Assembly (NCBI GenBank): GCA_038321985.1
Contig: JBBQFN010000002.1
Coordinates: 352,001 to 416,000, forward strand
Source: Cyanophyceae cyanobacterium
Lineage (GTDB): Bacteria; Cyanobacteriota; Cyanobacteriia; Cyanobacteriales; Laspinemataceae
Direction: 5' to 3'
DNA: 64,000 nt
The translations under genes and the position numbers were made by a program. Shown one piece after another: positions 31,484 to 41,000 of the stretch. Within the stretch, counting starts at the first letter, position 1. Each line of letters begins with the position of its first letter. Below the pieces are notes generated by a model, which saw nothing but the letters and a program-made list of their open reading frames with translations, searched no databases and had not been told where the DNA came from.

Positions 31484-31734
31484 AGTCACGTCAATCTACC
31501 CTAAGCGCTCTGTCACTGTCAAGAGGGAATAGCAAAAAATTTTAGTAAGGAGAGGAAATGGGGCAGGGCAATTTCTACGAAACCCCTGATTTTGTGTGGA
31601 TTTAACGGAAATTTTGGTTGATTTATCAGGGTTTTGAGGGCTAGACCGGTCAACAATCGAACCATCCTCGGGCAGAGGCTGTTTTTCAATACTGAAAACT
31701 TTTTGAGAATACTTAGCAAATAGGGGGAGGACTC

Positions 31735-33012
31735 TCAACTCAACTCTTTCTCTTCTATCTGCCCTACCAGGGGCCAACGGTATCCCAAAATTCCGACCAG
31801 GATCAAAACTAGAGAAGAAATTGCATATAACAAAGCCATCCCAGATCCCGCACCTGTACCGAAAATACGGCCAAACCAGGGCGTTAATGCGCCACCGGGT
31901 TGCATGGCGGGTTCAAAGAGGCAGTCGGCTAAGGGTCCGGCGACTGCGGTTGCAACAGTGGAGACTACTCCTAGGCCAAATGATTGGGCTGCAAATACCC
32001 GTCCCTGGACTTCGGGGGCGGTTTTTTCCAGCCAAATTGCGGTACTGGAACTGGTTAACAAGGGAAAGTTTAGAGAGGAGGACAACTGCGCCGGGATCCA
32101 AATTGATAAGGATTGACCGAGGGCAAAAACGGTTTTACTGATACCGACAGCGATCGCGGACCCTAAAAATCCCTGAATTCGGCGCTTGGGACCACCCCAC
32201 GCGGTCAAGACAACTGCCCCGATAATCCCGGCAATTCCAGCCGCTGCACTCACCATCCCAAATAGTTCAGAATTACCATTTGTGCGGGCTAAAAGAGTAG
32301 ATCGATGCATTACTGCACCCAAATCGTGAGCAAACCAAAACAGTAACTCTAGCCCGAAAAATCCTAATAAGGAGGAACGGGCCATAATATAACGACAGCC
32401 AAAAGTAAGTTCCTGCCAGAGTTTTGGCTGATCTGAAGTCAACTCACTTCGTGGGGGTTGGGGGATTTTGACCAAAAGCACCGTACTCACCCCAACCGCA
32501 AAGGTGAATAAGTCAATGGCGGCAATTCCCACCAGTCCGGTGATGGGGTACAGGGCACCGGCGAGGGCGGGGGCTAAAATATTTGGCGCGTAATGTACCA
32601 TGGATTTCATGCTGCTAACCCGGACATAGTGCTGTTTCGGAACCATCAAACTGACTGACGCGGAATACGCTAATTGCTGAATTTCTCCAAAAATACCATT
32701 GACTCCATTAATGACGAACAGATGCCAGAGTTGGAGTTGTCCGACTGCCGCTAAGAGTAAAATCGCTAGGGTGGAAAGTGCGGCAACGGAATCTCCCAGA
32801 ATGATTGCCACCTTGCGATCGCTGCGATCGATCAGAGCCCCGGCAAATAAGGCCACGCCTAAACTCGGCAGTTGAGTAAAGACAGTGACTAAACCCAGGG
32901 CGGTGGCTGATCCGGTCACTTCCCAAGTCCAGACAATCAAGGCAAAATTGGTCATTCGACTTCCAAAGGTGGAGACCAACTGACCCAGCCAAACGGTAAT
33001 AAAAGTACGCAT
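31735..33012 (-). CDS. MFS exporter (DHA3/EntS/MefA-like), probable siderophore export
   Basis: WLGQLVSTFGS, GALIDRSDRK (motif A), QGRVFA; ~12 hydrophobic segments; divergent from the NRPS genes. Confidence 0.85.
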   Translation of the reverse strand: MRTFITVWLGQLVSTFGSRMTNFALIVWTWEVTGSATALGLVTVFTQLPSLGVALFAGALIDRSDRKVAIILGDSVAALSTLAILLLAAVGQLQLWHLFVINGVNGIFGEIQQLAYSASVSLMVPKQHYVRVSSMKSMVHYAPNILAPALAGALYPITGLVGIAAIDLFTFAVGVSTVLLVKIPQPPRSELTSDQPKLWQELTFGCRYIMARSSLLGFFGLELLFWFAHDLGAVMHRSTLLARTNGNSELFGMVSAAAGIAGIIGAVVLTAWGGPKRRIQGFLGSAIAVGISKTVFALGQSLSIWIPAQLSSSLNFPLLTSSSTAIWLEKTAPEVQGRVFAAQSFGLGVVSTVATAVAGPLADCLFEPAMQPGGALTPWFGRIFGTGAGSGMALLYAISSLVLILVGILGYRWPLVGQIEEKELS

Positions 33013-33106
33013 GGTGATACAGGGTAACAGAATTGGGAAGGCATAAATCGAAGCGGTGGATTTCTTCCCCTGCTTGTCATCATAGGTCCCTCCCTCTCTC
33101 CATTAA

Positions 33107-33167
33107 TTGAGACTATTATCAAGAAATTTCAGCCTAATTTCTCTACTTATTTAGATAGATTCTCATT
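33107..33167. promoter_or_regulatory. Fur-like half-sites upstream of the MFS gene
   Basis: TTGAGACTATTATCAA (33107-33122, perfect ATTATCA half) and TTAGATA-g-ATTCTCA (~33151-33165). Confidence 0.4.
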
Positions 33168-33335
33168 AAAAGGCTTCTAGATCCAAATCCCTAATCTGAA
33201 AATTCCCAGGATTTTTCCCGGAGGGCTTCTCTACAATCCCGATAATCCGTCATTTTTAGGGCCATTTCTGGGAAGTGGCGGCCCATCCTGTAGCGAAAAG
33301 CACAGAAAAACTCTAAAAAAATTTTTCTTACCCTA

Positions 33336-33396
33336 TTGACAAGCCTGGGGAGAGGCTATAGGATGCAAATCATTCCTTATTAAAAAGAATTCTCAA
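33336..33396 (+). promoter_or_regulatory. Sigma70-type promoter of the NRPS operon overlapped by Fur-like boxes
   Basis: TTGACA (33336-33341) - 17 nt - TAGGAT (33359-33364), immediately followed by TGCAAAT-c-ATTCCTT and ...ATTCTCA. Confidence 0.65.
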
Positions 33397-33475
33397 GAAG
33401 TAGTAAGACTGAACTCCTACTAGGGGAGAGGGCGATTACGCCGTTCAGGGGCCAAGAAGTCAGTAGAGTTTAACG

Positions 33476-36400
33476 ATGAATTACGCAGAGTACACCGTTC
33501 CACAACTCGATCGCCGTTGTTCTACTTCTGTAGAAATCCTGCGCGGGAGAGCAGTCCAACAGCCCCATGACCTTGCTTTTCGGTTTTTAACCGATGGCGA
33601 AACCGATGGCGAAACCCTTACCTATTGGGAGTTAGACCGAGGCAGTCGGGCGATCGCTGCTCAATTGCAAGCAATGGGGTTGTGCGGGGAACGGGCGTTA
33701 CTGCTATATCCTCCGGGACTCGATTATCTAATTGCCTTTTTTGGCTGCCTGTATGCTGGAGTCGTCGCCGTTCCTGCTTATCCGCCCCGAAATCAGCGAA
33801 ATACACCGAGAATTTTGGCAGTATTGGCCGATGCAAAGGCGGCAGTCGCCCTCACAACCACTCAAATTGCCGCCCAAGTCCAGTCCTTGTTGAGCGAAAA
33901 AACGGCAGGGAGTGGGTTGCAATGGTTGTGTACTGATGATTTAGCCCCGGAGTTGGCTACTCAGTGGCAGGATCCGGGGGTTCAGTCCGATAGCTTGGCT
34001 TTTTTGCAATACACTTCGGGTTCGACAGGAACGCCAAAAGGGGTGATGGTATCCCAGGGTAACTTGCTGCATAATGGGGCAATTACCTACAAAGTGATGA
34101 ACCATCACCCGGAAAGTCAGTTTATTTCGTGGCTACCGACGTATCACGATATGGGACTGATTGGGGGGATTTTACAGCCGGTTTATGGTGGATTTCCCTG
34201 CACGTTAATGTCTCCGGCTGCATTTCTGCAACGTCCCTATCGCTGGCTGAAAGCGATTTCCGATTATGGGGGGACAACCAGTGGTGCACCTAATTTTGCG
34301 TATGACTTATGTGTGAGTAAAATTACGCCGGAACAAAAGGCAACCCTAGATTTGAGTCGGTGGCAGGTGGCATTTAATGGCGCTGAACCGATTCGCCATG
34401 AAACGTTAGTGCGATTTCAGGAAGCCTTTGCAGAATGTGGGTTTCAACCGGAAGCCTTTTATCCCTGTTACGGGATGGCAGAAACAACGTTGATGGTTTC
34501 GGGGAGTATGACATCGGTGCCTTATCCCTGGAAGGCGATCGATAAAGTGAGATTTGAGCAAAATCAGATTATAGATTCGGAGGAAACGGCGGTAACCTTG
34601 GTGGGATGCGGTTCTGCGGTTCCGGATATGCAGATTGCGATCGCCCATCCAGAAACGGGAGTTCGCTGTGCACAGAACGAAGTGGGAGAAGTATGGGTTT
34701 CGGGACCGAGTGTCTGCCAAGGTTATTGGAATCGTCCAGAAGAGAGCGATCGCACGTTCCAAGCATTCCTCGCTGACAGTGGAGAAGGGCCATTTTTACG
34801 CACGGGAGATTTGGGGTTTTTGGAGAATGGGGAACTGTATATTACGGGTCGGGTTAAGGATTTAATTCTAATTCGGGGACGTAATTTATATCCACAAGAT
34901 ATCGAACGCGCTACGGAGTCAAGTCATCCGGCATTTCGGATGGCTGGAACTGCCGCTTTTACCGTGGAGGTGGAAGGGGAAGAACGGCTGGTGGTAGTGC
35001 AAGAGTTGGAGTTTCGCGCTAAACCGAATTTATCTGAGGCGATCGCAGCCATTCGGCAAGCAGTGGCGGAAGAATTTGAGGTGCAAGTGTATGGCGTTGT
35101 CCTGATTAAACCCGGGACAATTCCCAAAACTTCGAGTGGAAAAATTCAACGCCGTGCCTGTCGCGACTGCTTCCTGAACCATCAACTCCAAGTTGTAGAG
35201 GAAAGTTTTGTTGCCGCATTGTTGCCCGGGAAATCCGAGGAAAATTGGGACCGAGAAAGTTTGTTTAATCTTGCACCGGAACAGCGACAAATTCAGCTTA
35301 TTACCGATTTAACAACCCGGGTTTCTAGGTTACTGAATGTTTCCGCTGCTGACATTGACCCGGAACAGCCCCTCAGTCGCTTTGGACTTGATTCATTGAT
35401 GGCATTTGACCTCAAAAATCAGCTTGAATTAGAGTGGGGAGTTAGCATTGATGTGGTAGACTTTTTCCAGGGCATCAGTTTAGTAGCCTTGGCGCAAAAA
35501 GCAGACAATTTGCTGGAAACTCAACCAGCGACTGACCCGATTCAACCCATCCCTCGCACCGAAGAATTACCCGTGGGATTGGCCCAGGAACGGTTATGGT
35601 TTTTGGACCGTTTAGAACCGGAAAATCCCTTTTACAATGTGGCTTTTTCCTTGGAAATCCGGGGAAAAATTGACCCCAAAATTTTAGAATCTAGCCTGCA
35701 AGAATTGGTGAACCGTCACGAAGGATTGAGGACTGGATTTCCCGAAGTAAAAGGGCGACCCATTCAGCATATTAAAGCCTCGGTAACAGTGAAACTGTCC
35801 ATCTCAGAGGTATTAGAAAAAGAAGTTTTTGCCCGGTTACAACAGGAAGCTAAACAGCCGTTTAACCTCTCTCAAGGGCCTTTATTTCGCGTTCATTTAT
35901 TCCGAATTGAGGACCAGCACTATTGTTTATCCATTGTCCTGCATCATATTATTTCTGATGGCTGGTCAATTGGGGTAATGGTGCGAGAACTTGCCGCCCT
36001 CTATGAAGCCTTGGCAGCGGGTAAAGTCCCGAATTTAGGAGAATTACCCATTCAATATGCGGATTTTGTCGCATGGCAACGGCAACAGTTACAAACTGAG
36101 GGATTTCAACGGGAATTAAATTACTGGAAGCAGCAACTTCAGGGCAAGTTATCTCGGTTAAAACTCCCCTGCGATCGGCCTCGTCCTGGAATTCCTACTT
36201 TTGCCGGTAAAAAGTGTTTTTTCCAATTTTCCCATTCCTTGACAGAGGCAGTTCGGGAGTTAAATCGCCAAGAAGAAGTCACCTTATTTATGACGCTGTT
36301 GGCTGCTTTTAAAATTCTGCTATTTTGTTACAGCCAACAAGCGGATATTGCAGTCGGTTCGCCGGTGGCAGGGCGCGAAAGGCCCGAAACCCGAGGATTG

Positions 36401-36955
36401 ATTGGCTTTTTTATTAATACCCTAGTTTTGCGAACTGATTTGTCAGGGAATCCCAATTTTAAGGAAGTTTTACAGCGAGTCCGGGCTGTAGCATCGGGGG
36501 CTTATGCTCATCAAGCGTTACCGTTTGACAAATTAGTTGAAGAGTTGCAACCGGAACGAAGTTTAAGCTATAACCCATTATTTCAAGTGATGTTTATTTT
36601 CCAAAATGCACCGATTCCCACGGTAGAAATCCCTGGAGTGAGCTTTGAATCTCAGGAAGTGGATTTAGGAACGTCTAAATTTGATTTAAAGGTCAGTATT
36701 TGGGACGATTCTGCGGGATTTAGAGGCTCGTTTGAATATCAAACGGATTTATTTAACGAAGAGACGGCTGCACAGATGGTTGAGGATTATGAAGGCTTAT
36801 TGCACCAAGTGGTGAGTCAACCTGAACTACGATTAACTGAGTTAAAAATTTATGGCAGTCGCCAGCAACAACGACAACGCCAAGCCCAATCTTTAGAAGC
36901 CGTTAGCTTACAAAAACTCAAGCTAACCAAACGGAAAGTAACTCCTATAATTTAG
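33476..36955 (+). CDS. Lipoinitiation protein FAAL-ACP-C
   Basis: FLQYTSGSTGTPKG, WLPTYHDMGLIG, PNFAY, CYGMAE, PKTSSGKIQR (FAAL); GLDSL (ACP); HHIISDGWS (C). Confidence 0.93.
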   Translation: MNYAEYTVPQLDRRCSTSVEILRGRAVQQPHDLAFRFLTDGETDGETLTYWELDRGSRAIAAQLQAMGLCGERALLLYPPGLDYLIAFFGCLYAGVVAVPAYPPRNQRNTPRILAVLADAKAAVALTTTQIAAQVQSLLSEKTAGSGLQWLCTDDLAPELATQWQDPGVQSDSLAFLQYTSGSTGTPKGVMVSQGNLLHNGAITYKVMNHHPESQFISWLPTYHDMGLIGGILQPVYGGFPCTLMSPAAFLQRPYRWLKAISDYGGTTSGAPNFAYDLCVSKITPEQKATLDLSRWQVAFNGAEPIRHETLVRFQEAFAECGFQPEAFYPCYGMAETTLMVSGSMTSVPYPWKAIDKVRFEQNQIIDSEETAVTLVGCGSAVPDMQIAIAHPETGVRCAQNEVGEVWVSGPSVCQGYWNRPEESDRTFQAFLADSGEGPFLRTGDLGFLENGELYITGRVKDLILIRGRNLYPQDIERATESSHPAFRMAGTAAFTVEVEGEERLVVVQELEFRAKPNLSEAIAAIRQAVAEEFEVQVYGVVLIKPGTIPKTSSGKIQRRACRDCFLNHQLQVVEESFVAALLPGKSEENWDRESLFNLAPEQRQIQLITDLTTRVSRLLNVSAADIDPEQPLSRFGLDSLMAFDLKNQLELEWGVSIDVVDFFQGISLVALAQKADNLLETQPATDPIQPIPRTEELPVGLAQERLWFLDRLEPENPFYNVAFSLEIRGKIDPKILESSLQELVNRHEGLRTGFPEVKGRPIQHIKASVTVKLSISEVLEKEVFARLQQEAKQPFNLSQGPLFRVHLFRIEDQHYCLSIVLHHIISDGWSIGVMVRELAALYEALAAGKVPNLGELPIQYADFVAWQRQQLQTEGFQRELNYWKQQLQGKLSRLKLPCDRPRPGIPTFAGKKCFFQFSHSLTEAVRELNRQEEVTLFMTLLAAFKILLFCYSQQADIAVGSPVAGRERPETRGLIGFFINTLVLRTDLSGNPNFKEVLQRVRAVASGAYAHQALPFDKLVEELQPERSLSYNPLFQVMFIFQNAPIPTVEIPGVSFESQEVDLGTSKFDLKVSIWDDSAGFRGSFEYQTDLFNEETAAQMVEDYEGLLHQVVSQPELRLTELKIYGSRQQQRQRQAQSLEAVSLQKLKLTKRKVTPII

Positions 36956-36968
36956 CCCTCTTGTGGTC

Positions 36969-38015
36969 ATGAAATTTTCAGACTCCTCCCCTCCTCATCT
37001 AACTGCGTTCGGTGCCGTAAAACGGCGTTCCTTCAGCCTAGGAACGACCCCTTTGGTCGAAGCCAAACCGATGTTTTTGGACCAGTCTTTACCCTTAGTC
37101 ATTCAGCCGCGAATCGATGGAGTAAATTTAACCATTTGGGCGAATAGCAACCGAGAGTTTATTCAAACTACGTTGCAAAAGCATGGGGGAATTTTGTTCC
37201 GAAACTTTGGAATTCGGGATGTGGAACAGTTTGAGGATGTGATTCAAGCTGTATCAGGAGAGTTGCTGGAATATCGCGATCGCTCATCGCCTCGGAGTCC
37301 CGTCACTGGAAATATTTATACCTCTACGGATCATCCCGCTAATCAAACAATTTTTCTCCATAGCGAGAACTCTTATGCCGCAACTTGGCCTTTAAAAATC
37401 TTCTTTTGCTGTTTGGTTCCCCCCACCGAAGGAGGAGAAACTCCCATTGCCGACACGCGCAAGTTATTGCAGCGAATTCCCTCGGAGATTCGCCGCCGTT
37501 TTGCCGAAAAACAGGTGATGTATGTCCGCAATTTTGGGGATGGGTTTGGGTTGCCCTGGCAAACAGTATTCCAAACAGAAAATCCCTCTGAAGTAGTAGA
37601 ATTTTGTCAGCAAAATGGGATAGAGTGGGAATGGAAAGGGGAGAACCGCCTGCGTACCCGTCAAGTCCGGCAGGCGATCGCCACCCATCCCCTAACTGGT
37701 GAATCCGTCTGGTTTAATCATGGGGTATTCTTCCATGTATCCACCTTAGAACCACAAATTCGTGAGGCGTTATTAAAAGCCTTTTCCGAAGAAGATTTAC
37801 CCCATAATACTTATTATGGAGATGGGACACCGATTGAATCTGAAGTGTTAGAACAAATCCGCGAGGCTTATCGGGCAGAAACAGTGATTTTCCCCTGGAA
37901 AACCGGAGATATTTTAATGTTGGATAATATGCTGACAGCCCACGGGCGACAACCCTTTTCGGGACCTAGAAAAATCGTTGTCGGGATGTCAGAACCGTTT
38001 TCCCAAAACTTGTAA
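36969..38015 (+). CDS. Standalone TauD/SyrP-like Fe(II)/2-oxoglutarate amino-acyl-T beta-hydroxylase
   Basis: GGILFRNF, RSSPRS, HSENSY (HxE), GGETPIAD, WFNHG, DNMLTAHGR. Confidence 0.88.
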   Translation: MKFSDSSPPHLTAFGAVKRRSFSLGTTPLVEAKPMFLDQSLPLVIQPRIDGVNLTIWANSNREFIQTTLQKHGGILFRNFGIRDVEQFEDVIQAVSGELLEYRDRSSPRSPVTGNIYTSTDHPANQTIFLHSENSYAATWPLKIFFCCLVPPTEGGETPIADTRKLLQRIPSEIRRRFAEKQVMYVRNFGDGFGLPWQTVFQTENPSEVVEFCQQNGIEWEWKGENRLRTRQVRQAIATHPLTGESVWFNHGVFFHVSTLEPQIREALLKAFSEEDLPHNTYYGDGTPIESEVLEQIREAYRAETVIFPWKTGDILMLDNMLTAHGRQPFSGPRKIVVGMSEPFSQNL

Positions 38016-38081
38016 TACAGAAACTTTATAAGATACGTTTACCCCGCTTTGGGGTGCATTTACCAGAATCGGAGATTTAAG

Positions 38082-41000
38082 ATGATTAATGAGATTGAGG
38101 GGTTTCGCCTTTCCCCCCAGCAAAAACATTTATGGCAACTACAACAGCTTGATAATTTTGCCTATTTTTGTCAGGGGACGGTGAACATTGCCGGAAAGTG
38201 TGATTCCGGCATTTTAAAAACTGCGATCGCCACTGTCATACAACGCCATGAAATCCTGCGGACTACCTTTCCCTGTTTACCGGGAATGACCCTGCCGGTT
38301 CAAGTAATGACGACGGGAGAGTTCCAATGGCATGACCCTTTAGATTTAAGTCACTGTTTACCGGAAGACAGAGACAGTAAACTCGCTGCTTACAGCCAGG
38401 AAATCGCACAACAACCCTTTAATTGGGAACGAGGGCCATTATTTCACGCTGCCTGGGTTTCCCTCGGGGTGGAAGAGTCTATATTAATCATTCGCTTACC
38501 GGCACTTTGTGCGGATTCTCAATCTCTGGAGAATTTAGGGTCAGAAATTGCCACCGCTTATCGGGCAATTTGTCAAGGGGAAACCCTATCTGACGACCCC
38601 TTACAATATGCAGATTTAGCCGAATGGCAAAATCAGTTATTAGAATCACCGGAAACTGAAATCGGGGCTGATTATTGGCGACAGCTAGAAGTGTCCGGTT
38701 TAGGAACGATGAAATTGCCCGGGGAAATTGAGGGAAACGTTTCAAAATTTCAACCTCAAGATTATACGGTAAAACTCTCGGGAGAATTAACCGAAAAAAT
38801 TGCTCAAATTGCGAACAACTATGAAGTTGAGAGTCAAACCGTCTTGTTAGCGGCTTGGCTAGGTTTAATCCAAAGACTCACGGGACAGGAAACTTTTACC
38901 CTAGGAGTTTCAGGAGAAGGCCGAAAATACGCAGAATTATCAACAGTTATTGGTGCATTTGCTAAATTTTTACCCCTGAATTATTCGGGAGGAGAAGCAC
39001 AAACTTTTACAGAAATTCTGCGGGTTGTTCATCAGGCAGTCGCGGAAGGGGAAAAATGGCAGGAGTATTTTACTTGGGAAACTCTATCCGGATTACCCCC
39101 AGAAACTTTACCGTTTTTTCCGCTGGCTTTTGAAGGGCGAAAAAAGGCGCAAACCTACGGGGATTCCCAGCTTTCCTTTACCGGCGATCGCACCAGGTGG
39201 GTGGGGAGTCGCTTTAAGCTGAAACTCTCAGTACAACCGGATGAACAGGGTCTAATCCTAGTCTTTGACTACGATACTCATGCTTTTGAAAGGGAGACGA
39301 TTCAACGATTCAGCAACCACCTGATTTGCTTGTTGGAAAGCATGGTTGCTACGCCAGAAAAACCCCTTTCTCAGCTAAACCTCTTAACTGAAGCTGAACG
39401 GCATCAGTTATTAGTTCAATTTAATGCAACCCCACGGGATTATAATAACCCGGGCAGAATTCATCAACTGATTGAAGAACGCGCAGCGGCTACCCCGGAT
39501 AAAACTGCCCTAATTTTCAATCAGCAAACCTTAACCTACGGCGAACTAAATGCTTGCGCCAATCAATTAGCCCATTATTTACAGCAGTTGGGGGTTAATT
39601 CTCAGGATTTAGTCGGACTGTATTTTGAGCGATCGCTAGAAATGGTCATCGGCATTTTAGGCATCCTCAAAGCGGGGGCGGCTTATGTTCCCTTAGACCC
39701 TGCCTATCCGAAAGAACGGCTAGGGTTTATGTTAGCAAATGCTCAACCTTCAGTTATAGTCACCCAGGCGCATTTAACCGCAGAATTGTCAGAAATTCCG
39801 GCAAAAATTGTCTGTCTCGACGGTGACAGGGATGCCATTGCTGCCCAATCCCTAGAAAATGCGACTACCCGGGTGGGTGAGATGGCTTATCTTATCTATA
39901 CTTCCGGTTCTACGGGCAAACCCAAAGGGGTGAAGATCAGCCATCGTAACCTTTGTCACTATGTCCAAGCGATGGGTCATGCTTTGGGTATCCAAGGGGA
40001 TGACATTTACCTGCATACCGCTTCCATCGCCTTTTCCTCCTCCGTCAGACAGTTAATAGTTCCCTTGGCAGCAGGGGCGACAGTGAATATTGCCACCTCA
40101 CAACAGCGGCAAGACCCCCTTGCCCTGTTCCAGGAAGTGAAGGACCGAAATGTTACCGTCATTGATATCGTCCCTTCATTTTGGCGCAATAGCACTTATG
40201 CTTTGAGTCGCTTAGAGGCACCAGCGAGACTGCACCTGTTGGCGAATCATCTGCGCCTGATTGTCTCTGCCAGCGAACCCTTAAGGTCCGATTTGCCCAC
40301 AATTTGGCGGCAGGAGTTCCAACATCCGGCGCAGTTTATCAATATGTTTGGACAGACGGAAACCTGCGGGATTGTTGCTACTTATCCGATTCCAGATACC
40401 CTAGGTGAGGGGATACAAATTGTCCCTCTGGGACGGGCAGTCGCCAATACCCAACTCTACATTTTGGATGAGTATCAGCAACCCGTCCCCATCGGCGTGA
40501 CTGGGGAACTGTATGTCGGGGGTTGGGGAGTCGGACAAGGGTATCTCGATCGCCCGGAACTCACAGCCGAAAAATTTATTCCCGACCCCTACAACCCTGA
40601 TTCTAACGCCAGACTGTATAAAACGGGGGACCTAACTCGCTATCTCACCGATGGCACAATCGAATTTGTCGGACGCCGGGATTATCAAGTCAAAATCCGG
40701 GGATTTCGGATTGAATTAGGTGAGATTGAATCTGTACTCAGTGAGCATTCTGCGGTCCGCGATGCCGTGGTTGTAGCGCGGGAAGAGGCTGGAGAAAAGC
40801 GTTTAGTGGCTTATGTGACGAGCGATCGCCCGGGAGAACTGGGGCGAGAGTTGCGGCAGTTTGCCAGTCAACGCTTACCGGATTATATGATTCCCAGCAC
40901 CTTCGCCGTGTTGGACAGTTTCCCTCTCACACCCAATGGCAAAGTCAACCGGCAGGCACTTCCTACCCTGGAGGAATTACAGGGTCAGTCTGAGGCGACT

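Noticed and set aside
33589..33616. 12-bp tandem duplication in FAAL (TDGETDGET)
   Set aside because: In frame in a variable N-terminal loop; no functional implication evident.
36900..36975. Frameshift splitting an ancestral C-TauD fusion
   Set aside because: The frames differ, but each ORF has its own basic terminal segment and a plausible stop/start; no slippery site seen.
38082..39400. His-less C domains read as pseudogene decay
   Set aside because: Frames are intact and the pattern occurs twice next to hydroxylases, matching interface domains.
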